58,238 nt of DNA, taken from an uncultured Muribaculaceae bacterium. GTDB lineage: Bacteria; Bacillota_I; Bacilli_A; RF39; UBA660. Positions 12,842 to 21,146 of this stretch are shown here, piece by piece (within the stretch, counting starts at the first letter, position 1; the number at the start of each line of letters is the position of its first letter). The notes beneath the pieces were generated by a model, which ran no database searches, had not been told where the DNA came from, and was given only the letters and a program-made list of their open reading frames with translations. The stretch is taken from positions 1 through 58,238 of the forward strand of contig CAYURI010000005.1 of assembly GCA_964447275.1 (NCBI GenBank). Direction: 5' to 3'. The position numbers and the translations under genes were made by a program.

Positions 12842-13387
12842 ATGAAATTAATCGTCGGACTAGGAAATCCTCTAAAAAAATATTGTAATACTCGTCATAA
12901 TATTGGTTTTTGGGTATTAGATAATATTTTTCCTAATGTAGATTGGAAAGAAAAGTTTTCTTCTTTATACTTTGAAACAACATTTAATGATGAAAAGATT
13001 ATTTTCATAAAACCACAAACATATATGAATGCTTCTGGTGAAGCCGTTCAAAAGTTTTGCGATTATTATGATATAAAACCAGATGATGTGTTGGTTATTC
13101 AAGATGATATTGATATGATTTTTGGCAAAATAAAAATAAAAAGTCATAGTTCTTCCGGGGGTCATAATGGTATTAAGTCAATTATTGATCTAATCCATAG
13201 TGAAGATTTTTATCGTTTAAAGATTGGTATTAATAATGATAAAAATAGTGATACCAAAGATTTTGTGCTAAGTAAATTTAATAAAGAAGAAATCGATTAT
13301 TTAAATTCCAATATACCAAATTTTAAGGATATAATTGACTTATTTATAAAAAATGATATATTTAGCGCCATGAATAAATATAATTAA
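12842..13387 (+). CDS. pth: Peptidyl-tRNA hydrolase
   Basis: LIVGLGNP, TRHNIGF, KPQTYMNASG, GGHNGIKS. Confidence 0.97.
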   Translation: MKLIVGLGNPLKKYCNTRHNIGFWVLDNIFPNVDWKEKFSSLYFETTFNDEKIIFIKPQTYMNASGEAVQKFCDYYDIKPDDVLVIQDDIDMIFGKIKIKSHSSSGGHNGIKSIIDLIHSEDFYRLKIGINNDKNSDTKDFVLSKFNKEEIDYLNSNIPNFKDIIDLFIKNDIFSAMNKYN

Positions 13388-13398
13388 GGTGATTTATT

Positions 13399-16300
13399 AT
13401 GCAATTTCTAGAAAATGTTTTTAACTTAGATAATAATATTGCGATTAGTGGTTTAACTGATGAGTTAAACATTTTTTATGTTTTAGAAAAATATAAAAAG
13501 ATAAATAGTAACCTTTTAATTTTAACTAGTAATATGTATGAAGCAAACAAAATATATGAAAGATTATCTTTATATACTGAAGACGTTTATTTGTTTCCAA
13601 TGGATGATTTCATTTCTTCAGTGGCCCTAGCCATTTCTCCAGAGTTTAAAGTAAAAAGGCTAGAAGTGTTAGAAAGAATTAAGTCCGGCAAAAGATGCCT
13701 GGTAGTTACTGATTTAATGGGCTACCTTAGATTTTTGCCCAATCATAGCAGTAAAGAAGCAATCAATAAAGTTATTAATAGAGATTTAAAAATAAGTCGC
13801 CAAGAGTTAATAGATTTGCTGGAAAAGTATGGTTACACAAAAGAATCTCTTGTAACTTCTAGTGGTGAGTATGCAGTAAGAGGATTTATTGTTGATGTTT
13901 TTGTTATTGGTGAAGAGCATCCGATAAGAATTGAATTTTTTGATGATATAATTGAATCAATTAGATATTTTGATGAAGGTACTCAACTTTCGCAAAAAGA
14001 AGTCTCAAAAATAGAAATTAAATCGTTCACAGAGACAATTTCAGATCAATATAGTTCTTTATACGACTGGTTAGAAAACCCCACCACAATATTTTTTGAT
14101 TATAATCAAATTAACATCATTAATCTAAAATTAATTAATGATATTAAAGAGTATAATGATAAAAATGGTTTTAATAAAAATTATATGTTTGATTTTTCGT
14201 CAATAAATCCCATTCAAAAAGTATATATAAATACTTTTGATAATAATATTATTACAAATGTAAAAAACATTAATTACAATTCTAAAAAAATTGATAATTT
14301 TAATATGGACTTTAAAAAGCTAAAAGAGTTTGTTAACAACTATATTGCTAATAATAAAACCGTAATCATTTATTTATCAAAAGAGCAACAAATAAAAGAA
14401 GTAAAGGAATTGTTTTCAGAAGAAGTAAATTTAAATAACGTTATCAAAAATAAAGTAAACATTATTAAACAAGAAATTAATGAGGGTTTTGTTTTTGAGG
14501 ACTATGTAGTTATTTCCGAGCATGATATTGATAATACTGCCATTAAAAAAATAAAATATTCCAACCCTTATCGTTTTGGCAAGAAAATTAAAAGTTTTGA
14601 AGAAATTCACACAGGAGATTTTATCGTTCACTCTATATACGGTATTGGTATTTATAATGGTGTAGTAACGTTAGAAAAAAACGGGTTAAAAAAAGATTAT
14701 ATTCAACTGTTTTATAAAGATAATGACAAAATATATATTCCTGTTGAAAAGATTAATAGTCTTTTTAAGTATAGTGTTAAAGAAGGTACAAAGCCAAAAT
14801 TAAGTAAACTAGGAACATCAACTTGGCTAAAAACCAAAAGATTAGTAAGAACCAAAATAAATGACTTAACAGAAGAGTTATTAAAATTATATGCTGAGCG
14901 CGAAAGTGTTGTTGGCCCAGAGTTTTTAAACGAAGAAGAATTGGTTTTATTTGCTAACGATTTTCCTTATGAAGAAACAGAGGATCAAGAAAAAGCCATA
15001 AATGATGTTATAAAAGACTTATCTAAGAAAAAACCAATGGACCGCCTTTTATGCGGTGATGTTGGCTTTGGCAAAACTGAAGTGGCTTTTAGGGCAGCTT
15101 TTAAAACTATTGAAAATGGCTATCAGGTCGCTTATTTATGCCCAACAACAATATTATCCAAGCAGCATTATCAAAACGCTTTAAAACGCTTTAAAAATTA
15201 TCCGATAAATATTTCTTTACTTAATCGTTTTACAACTAATAAGGAGAAAAACGAAATTTTAAGTAATTTAAAAAATGGGCAAATTGATTTATTAATTGGT
15301 ACACATCGAATATTGAGTAAAGACATTGATTTTTCTAATTTAGGATTATTAGTAGTTGATGAGGAGCAAAGATTTGGGGTTAGTCATAAAGAAAGAATAA
15401 AACAATTAAAAACCAATGTTAATGTTTTAACTTTGTCAGCAACGCCAATACCAAGGACTTTAAAATTCGCTTTAACGGGACTAAGAGATCTTAGTATCAT
15501 TGATACTCCGCCAGTAAATAGATATCCAATTCAAACCTATGTTATTGAAGAAAACGAAGCCCTAATAAAAGATGCTATCTATAAAGAAATATCTAGAGGT
15601 GGACAGGCATTTATCTTATATAATAATATTTCTAAAATTGAAGAAAAAAGACGTAAATTAGAGGCACTTGTACCGGATGCAAAAATTAAAATTGCTCATG
15701 GCCAAATGTCTAAACAAGAATTAGAAAATGTTATGGAAGAATTCTTAAATAAAGAATTCGACGTTTTATTATGCACGACAATTATTGAAACAGGAATTGA
15801 TATTTCTAATGTTAATACTTTGATTATTTATGACGCTAATTTATTTGGTCTATCTCAACTTTATCAAATTAGAGGTAGAGTTGGCAGAGGCGATAAAATT
15901 GCCTATGCATATTTGATGTATGATAATAAAAAAATATTAAGTGAAATTGCAATCAAAAGATTACAAGCAATTAAAGAATTCACTGAACTTGGTAGCGGAT
16001 ATAAAGTGGCAATGCGAGATTTAGCTATTAGAGGTGCTGGCGATTTACTTGGTGCCGAACAAGCTGGTTTTGTTGATGCAGTTGGTATTGATATGTATTT
16101 GAAAATGATTGAAGAAGAACTAAGTGGTGAGGTTAAAGAAGACGAAGAGGAGCTAAACATAATTGATGTAGAGACTCATATTAAAGATAAATATGTTGAA
16201 GATGAAAGTATTAAAATTGAAATTCATCAAAAAATAAATGAAATAAAAGATTATAGTAGTTTATTAAAAATAAAAAAAGAATTAGAAGATAGATTTGGTA

Positions 16301-16587
16301 AAATAGATAATACCCTGCTTATTTATATGTATGAAGAGTGGTTTGAAAAGTTAGCTAAACAGTTTGAATTAAGAAAAATTAGTCAGAATAATTTATATAT
16401 TGAGTTAGAATTTAGTAAAGAAATGAGTAGCAAAATAAAAGGCGAAAAGCTTATGCTCATCGCCAATAATTTAACTAATAATTTTAAGTTTTCTTATCGT
16501 CACGAGAGAATTAAAATAACTCTATACTTTAGTAAATTAGAAAAACATTTTATCTTTTACTTGGTTGAACTATTAAGTAAATTATAA
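13399..16587 (+). CDS. mfd: Transcription-repair coupling factor
   Basis: PMDRLLCGDVGFGKTEVA, VVDEEQRFGV, SATPIPRT, QIRGRVGRG, AMRDLAIRGAG. Confidence 0.97.
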   Translation: MQFLENVFNLDNNIAISGLTDELNIFYVLEKYKKINSNLLILTSNMYEANKIYERLSLYTEDVYLFPMDDFISSVALAISPEFKVKRLEVLERIKSGKRCLVVTDLMGYLRFLPNHSSKEAINKVINRDLKISRQELIDLLEKYGYTKESLVTSSGEYAVRGFIVDVFVIGEEHPIRIEFFDDIIESIRYFDEGTQLSQKEVSKIEIKSFTETISDQYSSLYDWLENPTTIFFDYNQINIINLKLINDIKEYNDKNGFNKNYMFDFSSINPIQKVYINTFDNNIITNVKNINYNSKKIDNFNMDFKKLKEFVNNYIANNKTVIIYLSKEQQIKEVKELFSEEVNLNNVIKNKVNIIKQEINEGFVFEDYVVISEHDIDNTAIKKIKYSNPYRFGKKIKSFEEIHTGDFIVHSIYGIGIYNGVVTLEKNGLKKDYIQLFYKDNDKIYIPVEKINSLFKYSVKEGTKPKLSKLGTSTWLKTKRLVRTKINDLTEELLKLYAERESVVGPEFLNEEELVLFANDFPYEETEDQEKAINDVIKDLSKKKPMDRLLCGDVGFGKTEVAFRAAFKTIENGYQVAYLCPTTILSKQHYQNALKRFKNYPINISLLNRFTTNKEKNEILSNLKNGQIDLLIGTHRILSKDIDFSNLGLLVVDEEQRFGVSHKERIKQLKTNVNVLTLSATPIPRTLKFALTGLRDLSIIDTPPVNRYPIQTYVIEENEALIKDAIYKEISRGGQAFILYNNISKIEEKRRKLEALVPDAKIKIAHGQMSKQELENVMEEFLNKEFDVLLCTTIIETGIDISNVNTLIIYDANLFGLSQLYQIRGRVGRGDKIAYAYLMYDNKKILSEIAIKRLQAIKEFTELGSGYKVAMRDLAIRGAGDLLGAEQAGFVDAVGIDMYLKMIEEELSGEVKEDEEELNIIDVETHIKDKYVEDESIKIEIHQKINEIKDYSSLLKIKKELEDRFGKIDNTLLIYMYEEWFEKLAKQFELRKISQNNLYIELEFSKEMSSKIKGEKLMLIANNLTNNFKFSYRHERIKITLYFSKLEKHFIFYLVELLSKL

Positions 16588-17475
16588 CTTTTTATTTAAT
16601 TTAATAGTTGTGATGTCTTTAGCACATATTTTATCAATTAAGCCAAAAAGTGGATTGGGTTGGCACCATTTTACGATACCTCTAGTGACGATCAATTTAG
16701 CATTTTTAATATTATGCAAACCACGGCATTTATCAACTTTGCCAAAAGTTACTTCTTTTAAAGAATCACCCTCGCTTGCCATTAAACCGTGATCATCTTT
16801 TACTAGGCCTAATTTTTGAACGAATCTAGGCATCAGCCCGTCGTGCATATGGCCACATAAAATTAAATCAATGTTGTTAAGGAAGTTGTTAATTAGTTTT
16901 TGAGTTTCTTCGAGAGCAATTATTCTTGGTGAATGAGTTAACAAAATATTATATTTATTTTTATCTAATTTAAAATGACATTTTCTTAAATCTTCGTGAA
17001 AGTATTTACTCCAATTAGTTTTAGTTTTCTCATAATATGTTTCAAATCTTGGTGAAAAACCAATAATATGTAAATTATCAATATCAACACTTTCATTGTC
17101 TAAAAAACTAATGTTTTTAATTTTTGTCTCTAATAATTTAAAATATTTTATTGCTTCATGATAATTGGATTTTTTACCAGACTTTAAATCATGGTTGCCA
17201 AGACTTATAAAGACAGGAGCAATTTCCCCTAAACCTTTTAATAAATATTCGAGTTTATCTTTATTTTTAGAACTTATAATATCATCTGAAGTATAAATAA
17301 TATCACCAGGAATAAAAATATAATTAGGTTTTTGTTTTTTTACTTCAGAGATTAATTTTTGCCAAAGCTTATAAGAGATGTACTTAGTATTATGAATATC
17401 AGCAATAACAGAAAAAGTATAGCTCTTTGCTATTTTATTACTATATATTTTAAAGTTTTCATTCCATATTTTCAT
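16582..17475 (-). CDS. Calcineurin-like metallophosphoesterase (YkuE-like)
   Basis: DIH, GD, GNHD, TH, GHMH metal-binding motifs. Confidence 0.85.
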   Translation of the reverse strand: MKIWNENFKIYSNKIAKSYTFSVIADIHNTKYISYKLWQKLISEVKKQKPNYIFIPGDIIYTSDDIISSKNKDKLEYLLKGLGEIAPVFISLGNHDLKSGKKSNYHEAIKYFKLLETKIKNISFLDNESVDIDNLHIIGFSPRFETYYEKTKTNWSKYFHEDLRKCHFKLDKNKYNILLTHSPRIIALEETQKLINNFLNNIDLILCGHMHDGLMPRFVQKLGLVKDDHGLMASEGDSLKEVTFGKVDKCRGLHNIKNAKLIVTRGIVKWCQPNPLFGLIDKICAKDITTIKLNKKL

Positions 17476-17493
17476 AAGTAGTTACCACTATAA

Positions 17494-17976
17494 CTATTTT
17501 AAATTTTGGTAATCTTTTTGACATTTTTCAATTAACTTTATAGCTTCTTCTTTTGAGTACCAATCTTTTATTTCTACTTTAATATTTTGTAAATATTTAT
17601 AAGTTTTAAAAAATTCGCTAATTTCATCTTTGGTATGAGAAGGTAAATCATCAATTGAGTTTAAGTGGTCGAAACGTGGATCATCATGAGCAACAGCGAT
17701 GACTTTTTCATCATGCTCACCACGATCTAGGATTGCTAAATAACCTAAAACACGGGCTCTAACTATACATCCAGGAAATGTTGGTGTTGAAGACAAAACT
17801 AAAATATCTAAAGGATCTTTATCCCCAGCAATAGTATCTTCAATAAATCCATATTCAGCCGGATAAGAAACGCTTGAATATAAAACCCTATTTAATCTAA
17901 TTTTGCCAGTTCCTTTTTCTACTTCATACTTGTTTTTGGTTCCCATCGGAATTTCAATAATTGCATCTACGATCAT
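17494..17976 (-). CDS. ppa: Family I soluble inorganic pyrophosphatase
   Basis: IEIP..KNKYE, YPAEYGFI, DKDPLDILVL, DEKVIAV. Start moved to the ATG at 17976 behind an AGGTGA RBS. Confidence 0.93.
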   Translation of the reverse strand: MIVDAIIEIPMGTKNKYEVEKGTGKIRLNRVLYSSVSYPAEYGFIEDTIAGDKDPLDILVLSSTPTFPGCIVRARVLGYLAILDRGEHDEKVIAVAHDDPRFDHLNSIDDLPSHTKDEISEFFKTYKYLQNIKVEIKDWYSKEEAIKLIEKCQKDYQNLK

Positions 17977-18076
17977 TTTATCACCTGATAAGAGTATATT
18001 ATTATTACTTTTTAAAGTCAAACATTTAGTTGCTTTTAACGCCTTTTATAGTATTATAAGTTAAGGAGCTGATGAT

Positions 18077-18829
18077 ATGTTTACTGATACGCATTGTCAT
18101 TTATTTAAAGAATATTATTTTGATATTGATGAAGTTATAAAAAGAGCTGAAGATAACAATGTAACAAAGATAATTACTTGTGGATGCGATTATAAATCTA
18201 ATTTAGAAACAATAGAAATAGTTTCTAAATATCCAAATGTTTATGGAGCAATAGGAATTCATCCAACGGAAATTAACGCTATTAATGAAACAATTAACTT
18301 AATTGAAAAACATATTTTAGATGAAAAAATTATTGCCATTGGCGAAATCGGGCTTGACTATCATTATGAAAAGTTTAATAAAAAAGAACAAATAAGTGTT
18401 TTTAATAAGATGCTTAAATTAGCAGAAAAATATAATAAGCCAGTAATAATTCATTCTAGGGATGCCAACTCAGATACTTTTAATATCTTAAAACAATATA
18501 AATTAAAAGGGGTTATTCATTCTTTCTCTGGTGACCTAGAGCTTGCTAAAAAGTATATTGATTTAGGTTATTTTATTGGTATTAATGGCATAGTTACTTT
18601 TAAAAATGCCAATCTTATAAAAATAGTTAAAGAACTTCCTATTCAAAAAATCTTAATTGAAACTGATTCTCCTTACTTATCACCAGTACCATTTAGAGGT
18701 GAAAAAAATGAACCGAAAAATGTTTGGGAAATAGTTAAATTTTTGAGCCAGGAATTAAATCTGGAAACGACTTTTTTGGCTGAAGTTCTTGATGAAAATC
18801 TAAGGCAAATCTTTGACATTAAAGCTTAG
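18077..18829 (+). CDS. tatD: TatD family nuclease
   Basis: DTHCH, AIGEIGLDY, PVIIHSRDA, IHSFSG, IETDSPYL. Confidence 0.95.
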   Translation: MFTDTHCHLFKEYYFDIDEVIKRAEDNNVTKIITCGCDYKSNLETIEIVSKYPNVYGAIGIHPTEINAINETINLIEKHILDEKIIAIGEIGLDYHYEKFNKKEQISVFNKMLKLAEKYNKPVIIHSRDANSDTFNILKQYKLKGVIHSFSGDLELAKKYIDLGYFIGINGIVTFKNANLIKIVKELPIQKILIETDSPYLSPVPFRGEKNEPKNVWEIVKFLSQELNLETTFLAEVLDENLRQIFDIKA

Positions 18830-18841
18830 TTATGATACAAT
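18813..18841 (+). promoter_or_regulatory. SigA-type promoter for the 3D-domain gene
   Basis: TTGACA-17 nt-TACAAT with TG at the extended -10 position; -35 lies inside the last codons of tatD. Confidence 0.75.
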
Positions 18842-18868
18842 TTTCTTGTATTATAATGAGGTGAAAGT

Positions 18869-19405
18869 ATGACTAATAAAGTGTTAGATTTCTTTAAAAT
18901 AATGTTAAAAGTCTTTTTAGTTACTTTTGCTGTTTTAATTGTTCAAAATAGCTCAAGAAAAGTTGAAAATAGAGTAGAGAATGTTAATCTAAATAAAACA
19001 TTAGACTTAGCAGCTATGGCTAGATCGACATCAACAATATATGAGGAAGAAGAAATTCTTAAAGTGATTGTTGGCGACTTAACCGGTTATGCCGCTGATT
19101 GCCCAAAATGTACAGGCTTTTTGGGTTGTAAACCTTATACTGATGTTAGAGATAAAAGAACAACTTATGAGGATAAGACTTATGGAACAGTAAGAATTGT
19201 TGCTGCTTCTCCTAAAAACTTAAAATGTGGTAGTATTATTACTTTTACATCTTTAAGGGTATCTTCTGATCCAGTTGTTGCCATTGTCCTAGATCGAGGA
19301 GTAACGGGAACTAGTTTAGATTTACTTACTGAGTCGCAATCTTTTGCAGCTAAGAGCATTGGCCGAAGCGAGATTGCTTATACAGTGCTAAGAGAAGGAT
19401 GGTAA
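18869..19405 (+). CDS. Membrane-anchored 3D/RlpA-like domain protein (positional YabE homolog)
   Basis: N-terminal hydrophobic helix; LTGY, VAASP..LKCGSII, LDRG..G..LDLL resemble the 3D fold; lies between tatD and rsmA like yabE. Confidence 0.65.
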   Translation: MTNKVLDFFKIMLKVFLVTFAVLIVQNSSRKVENRVENVNLNKTLDLAAMARSTSTIYEEEEILKVIVGDLTGYAADCPKCTGFLGCKPYTDVRDKRTTYEDKTYGTVRIVAASPKNLKCGSIITFTSLRVSSDPVVAIVLDRGVTGTSLDLLTESQSFAAKSIGRSEIAYTVLREGW

Positions 19406-19441
19406 AAGTGAGTAACACTCACTTTTTAGTTAGGAGCTAAT

Positions 19442-20212
19442 ATGAGACCAAAAAAAAGCTTGGGTCAAAACTTTTTAATTGATAGCAATGTTATTAATAA
19501 AATAATTTCTTCAGTAAATGCTAATAAAGATGATCTTATTATTGAAATAGGACCAGGAAGAGGCGATTTAACTAAAGAGTTAGTTAAGATTACAAAAGTA
19601 ATAGCAATTGAAATTGATAAGGAGCTAAAACCATATTTAAATGGCATTAAAAATGCAGAAATAGTATATGACAATTTTTTAGATATCGATTTAGATAAAT
19701 TAATTAGTGGATATAAATATAATGATATTTATATTGTGGCCAATATTCCTTATTACATAACAACACCAATAATAAAAAAAATAATTGATTCTAAAATTAA
19801 CTTTAAAGAAATAATTATCATGGTTCAAAAAGAATTAGCTGATCGATTCACATCATTACCTGGTGATTCCGAATATAATGGATTAACTATATTTCTAAGT
19901 TATTATTTTGATATCAAAAAACTTTTCTTAGTTAATAAAAAAGCTTTTTTGCCGGTACCTAAAGTAGAATCAATGGTTATTAAATTAGAAGGTAAAAAAG
20001 AAAGATTAGCAATTAGAAATTATGAGCATTTCGAAAGATTAGTTAAAACCAGTTTTTTACATCGAAGAAAGACTTTAAAAAACAATTTAAAAATGTATGA
20101 CTTAAATAAAATAAATACATCTTTACAAGCTTTAAATTATTCTTTAAATAATCGTCCACAAGATATCAGTTTAGAAGCCTATATAAAGATATCTAACGAA
20201 TTGCAGGATTAG
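19442..20212 (+). CDS. rsmA: 16S rRNA m6,2A1518/A1519 dimethyltransferase KsgA
   Basis: KKSLGQNFL, IEIGPGRG, VANIPYYITTP, MVQKE, RRKTLKNNL. Confidence 0.96.
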   Translation: MRPKKSLGQNFLIDSNVINKIISSVNANKDDLIIEIGPGRGDLTKELVKITKVIAIEIDKELKPYLNGIKNAEIVYDNFLDIDLDKLISGYKYNDIYIVANIPYYITTPIIKKIIDSKINFKEIIIMVQKELADRFTSLPGDSEYNGLTIFLSYYFDIKKLFLVNKKAFLPVPKVESMVIKLEGKKERLAIRNYEHFERLVKTSFLHRRKTLKNNLKMYDLNKINTSLQALNYSLNNRPQDISLEAYIKISNELQD

Positions 20213-20230
20213 CATAAAAATCATTGCATT
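20203..20230 (+). promoter_or_regulatory. Candidate SigH-type promoter for spoVG
   Basis: GCAGGA (20203-20208), 17 nt, GCATT (20226-20230); SigH consensus is AGGA ... GAAT, so one mismatch in -10. Confidence 0.5.
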
Positions 20231-20284
20231 TTGTTTAAAATTGATATAAACTATAATTAGTAAATTGTGAGAAGGAGTGTTACT

Positions 20285-20590
20285 ATGGAAATTACAGCAG
20301 TCAGCGTACGTAAAATCGAAAAAGAAGGTTCTAGAATGAAAGGCATTGCATCAGTTACTTTAGATGATTCATTTGCTGTTCATGATATTAGAATTATCGA
20401 AGGAGATAATGGTTTGTTCATCGCTATGCCAAGTAGAAAAACAGCTACAGGTGGTTATAGAGATATCGCTCATCCAATTAATCCAGATGTTAGAAAAAAA
20501 TTCCAAGAAGCGATTCTTGAAGAATATAACAACACAGAATATGTACCTAGCGAAAGAAAACCAGAACCAGAAACTGAAACAGAAGAATAA
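20285..20590 (+). CDS. spoVG: SpoVG family RNA-binding regulator
   Basis: [49 protein letters not shown]. Start moved to ATG 20285 after GAAGGAG. Confidence 0.97.
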   Translation: MEITAVSVRKIEKEGSRMKGIASVTLDDSFAVHDIRIIEGDNGLFIAMPSRKTATGGYRDIAHPINPDVRKKFQEAILEEYNNTEYVPSERKPEPETETEE

Positions 20591-20699
20591 TAAAGCCTTA
20601 TGGCTTTTTTCTTTTAGTCAATCTTATGTCTATAAAACATAAAAGATTGAAAAAAAAGTTAAAAGATAATATAATCATCTATATAATAGGTGGTGAATT

Positions 20700-20987
20700 A
20701 TGAAGGTTTCTAAAAAAGCTAAAAGAAGATTTTTATTATTGTTATTTTGCTTTTTTGGTTTATCAATTTATTTGATAATTTCTTTAACTGGATATTGGGT
20801 TAAAATTATTAACAATCGTAAAGAAACAAAAGAATTACAAACCAAATATACTGAACTTTTAGCGGATGAGGAAGCTTTAAAATCGGAAGTTACAAAACTC
20901 CAAGATCCTTCCTACGTTGCAAGATATGCCAGTGAAAAATATTTATATTCTAAAGATGGAATGACAATAATTAGAATTATTGAATAA
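20700..20987 (+). CDS. divIC: Septum formation initiator DivIC/FtsB family
   Basis: Basic N-terminus, one TM helix, coiled coil, LQDPSYVARYA. Confidence 0.85.
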   Translation: MKVSKKAKRRFLLLLFCFFGLSIYLIISLTGYWVKIINNRKETKELQTKYTELLADEEALKSEVTKLQDPSYVARYASEKYLYSKDGMTIIRIIE

Positions 20988-21146
20988 AATTTTTAAGCAA
21001 AGCCCTATTCTAAAAGGCTTTGTTTTTTTTATGTAAAAAAACTTAATTTTTAGGTTGTAATTTTCTCACAAAGTGGTATAGTAAATTTAGATGGTAGATA
21101 CATCTACTAATTTAATTCTTATCAAAAACTGTGGGAGGTAAATGAT

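Noticed and set aside
21054-21071. Rex operator-like GTTGTAATTTTCTCACAA before nrdD
   Set aside because: The right half fits but the left half is one base out of register with TTGTGAA-N4-TTCACAA.
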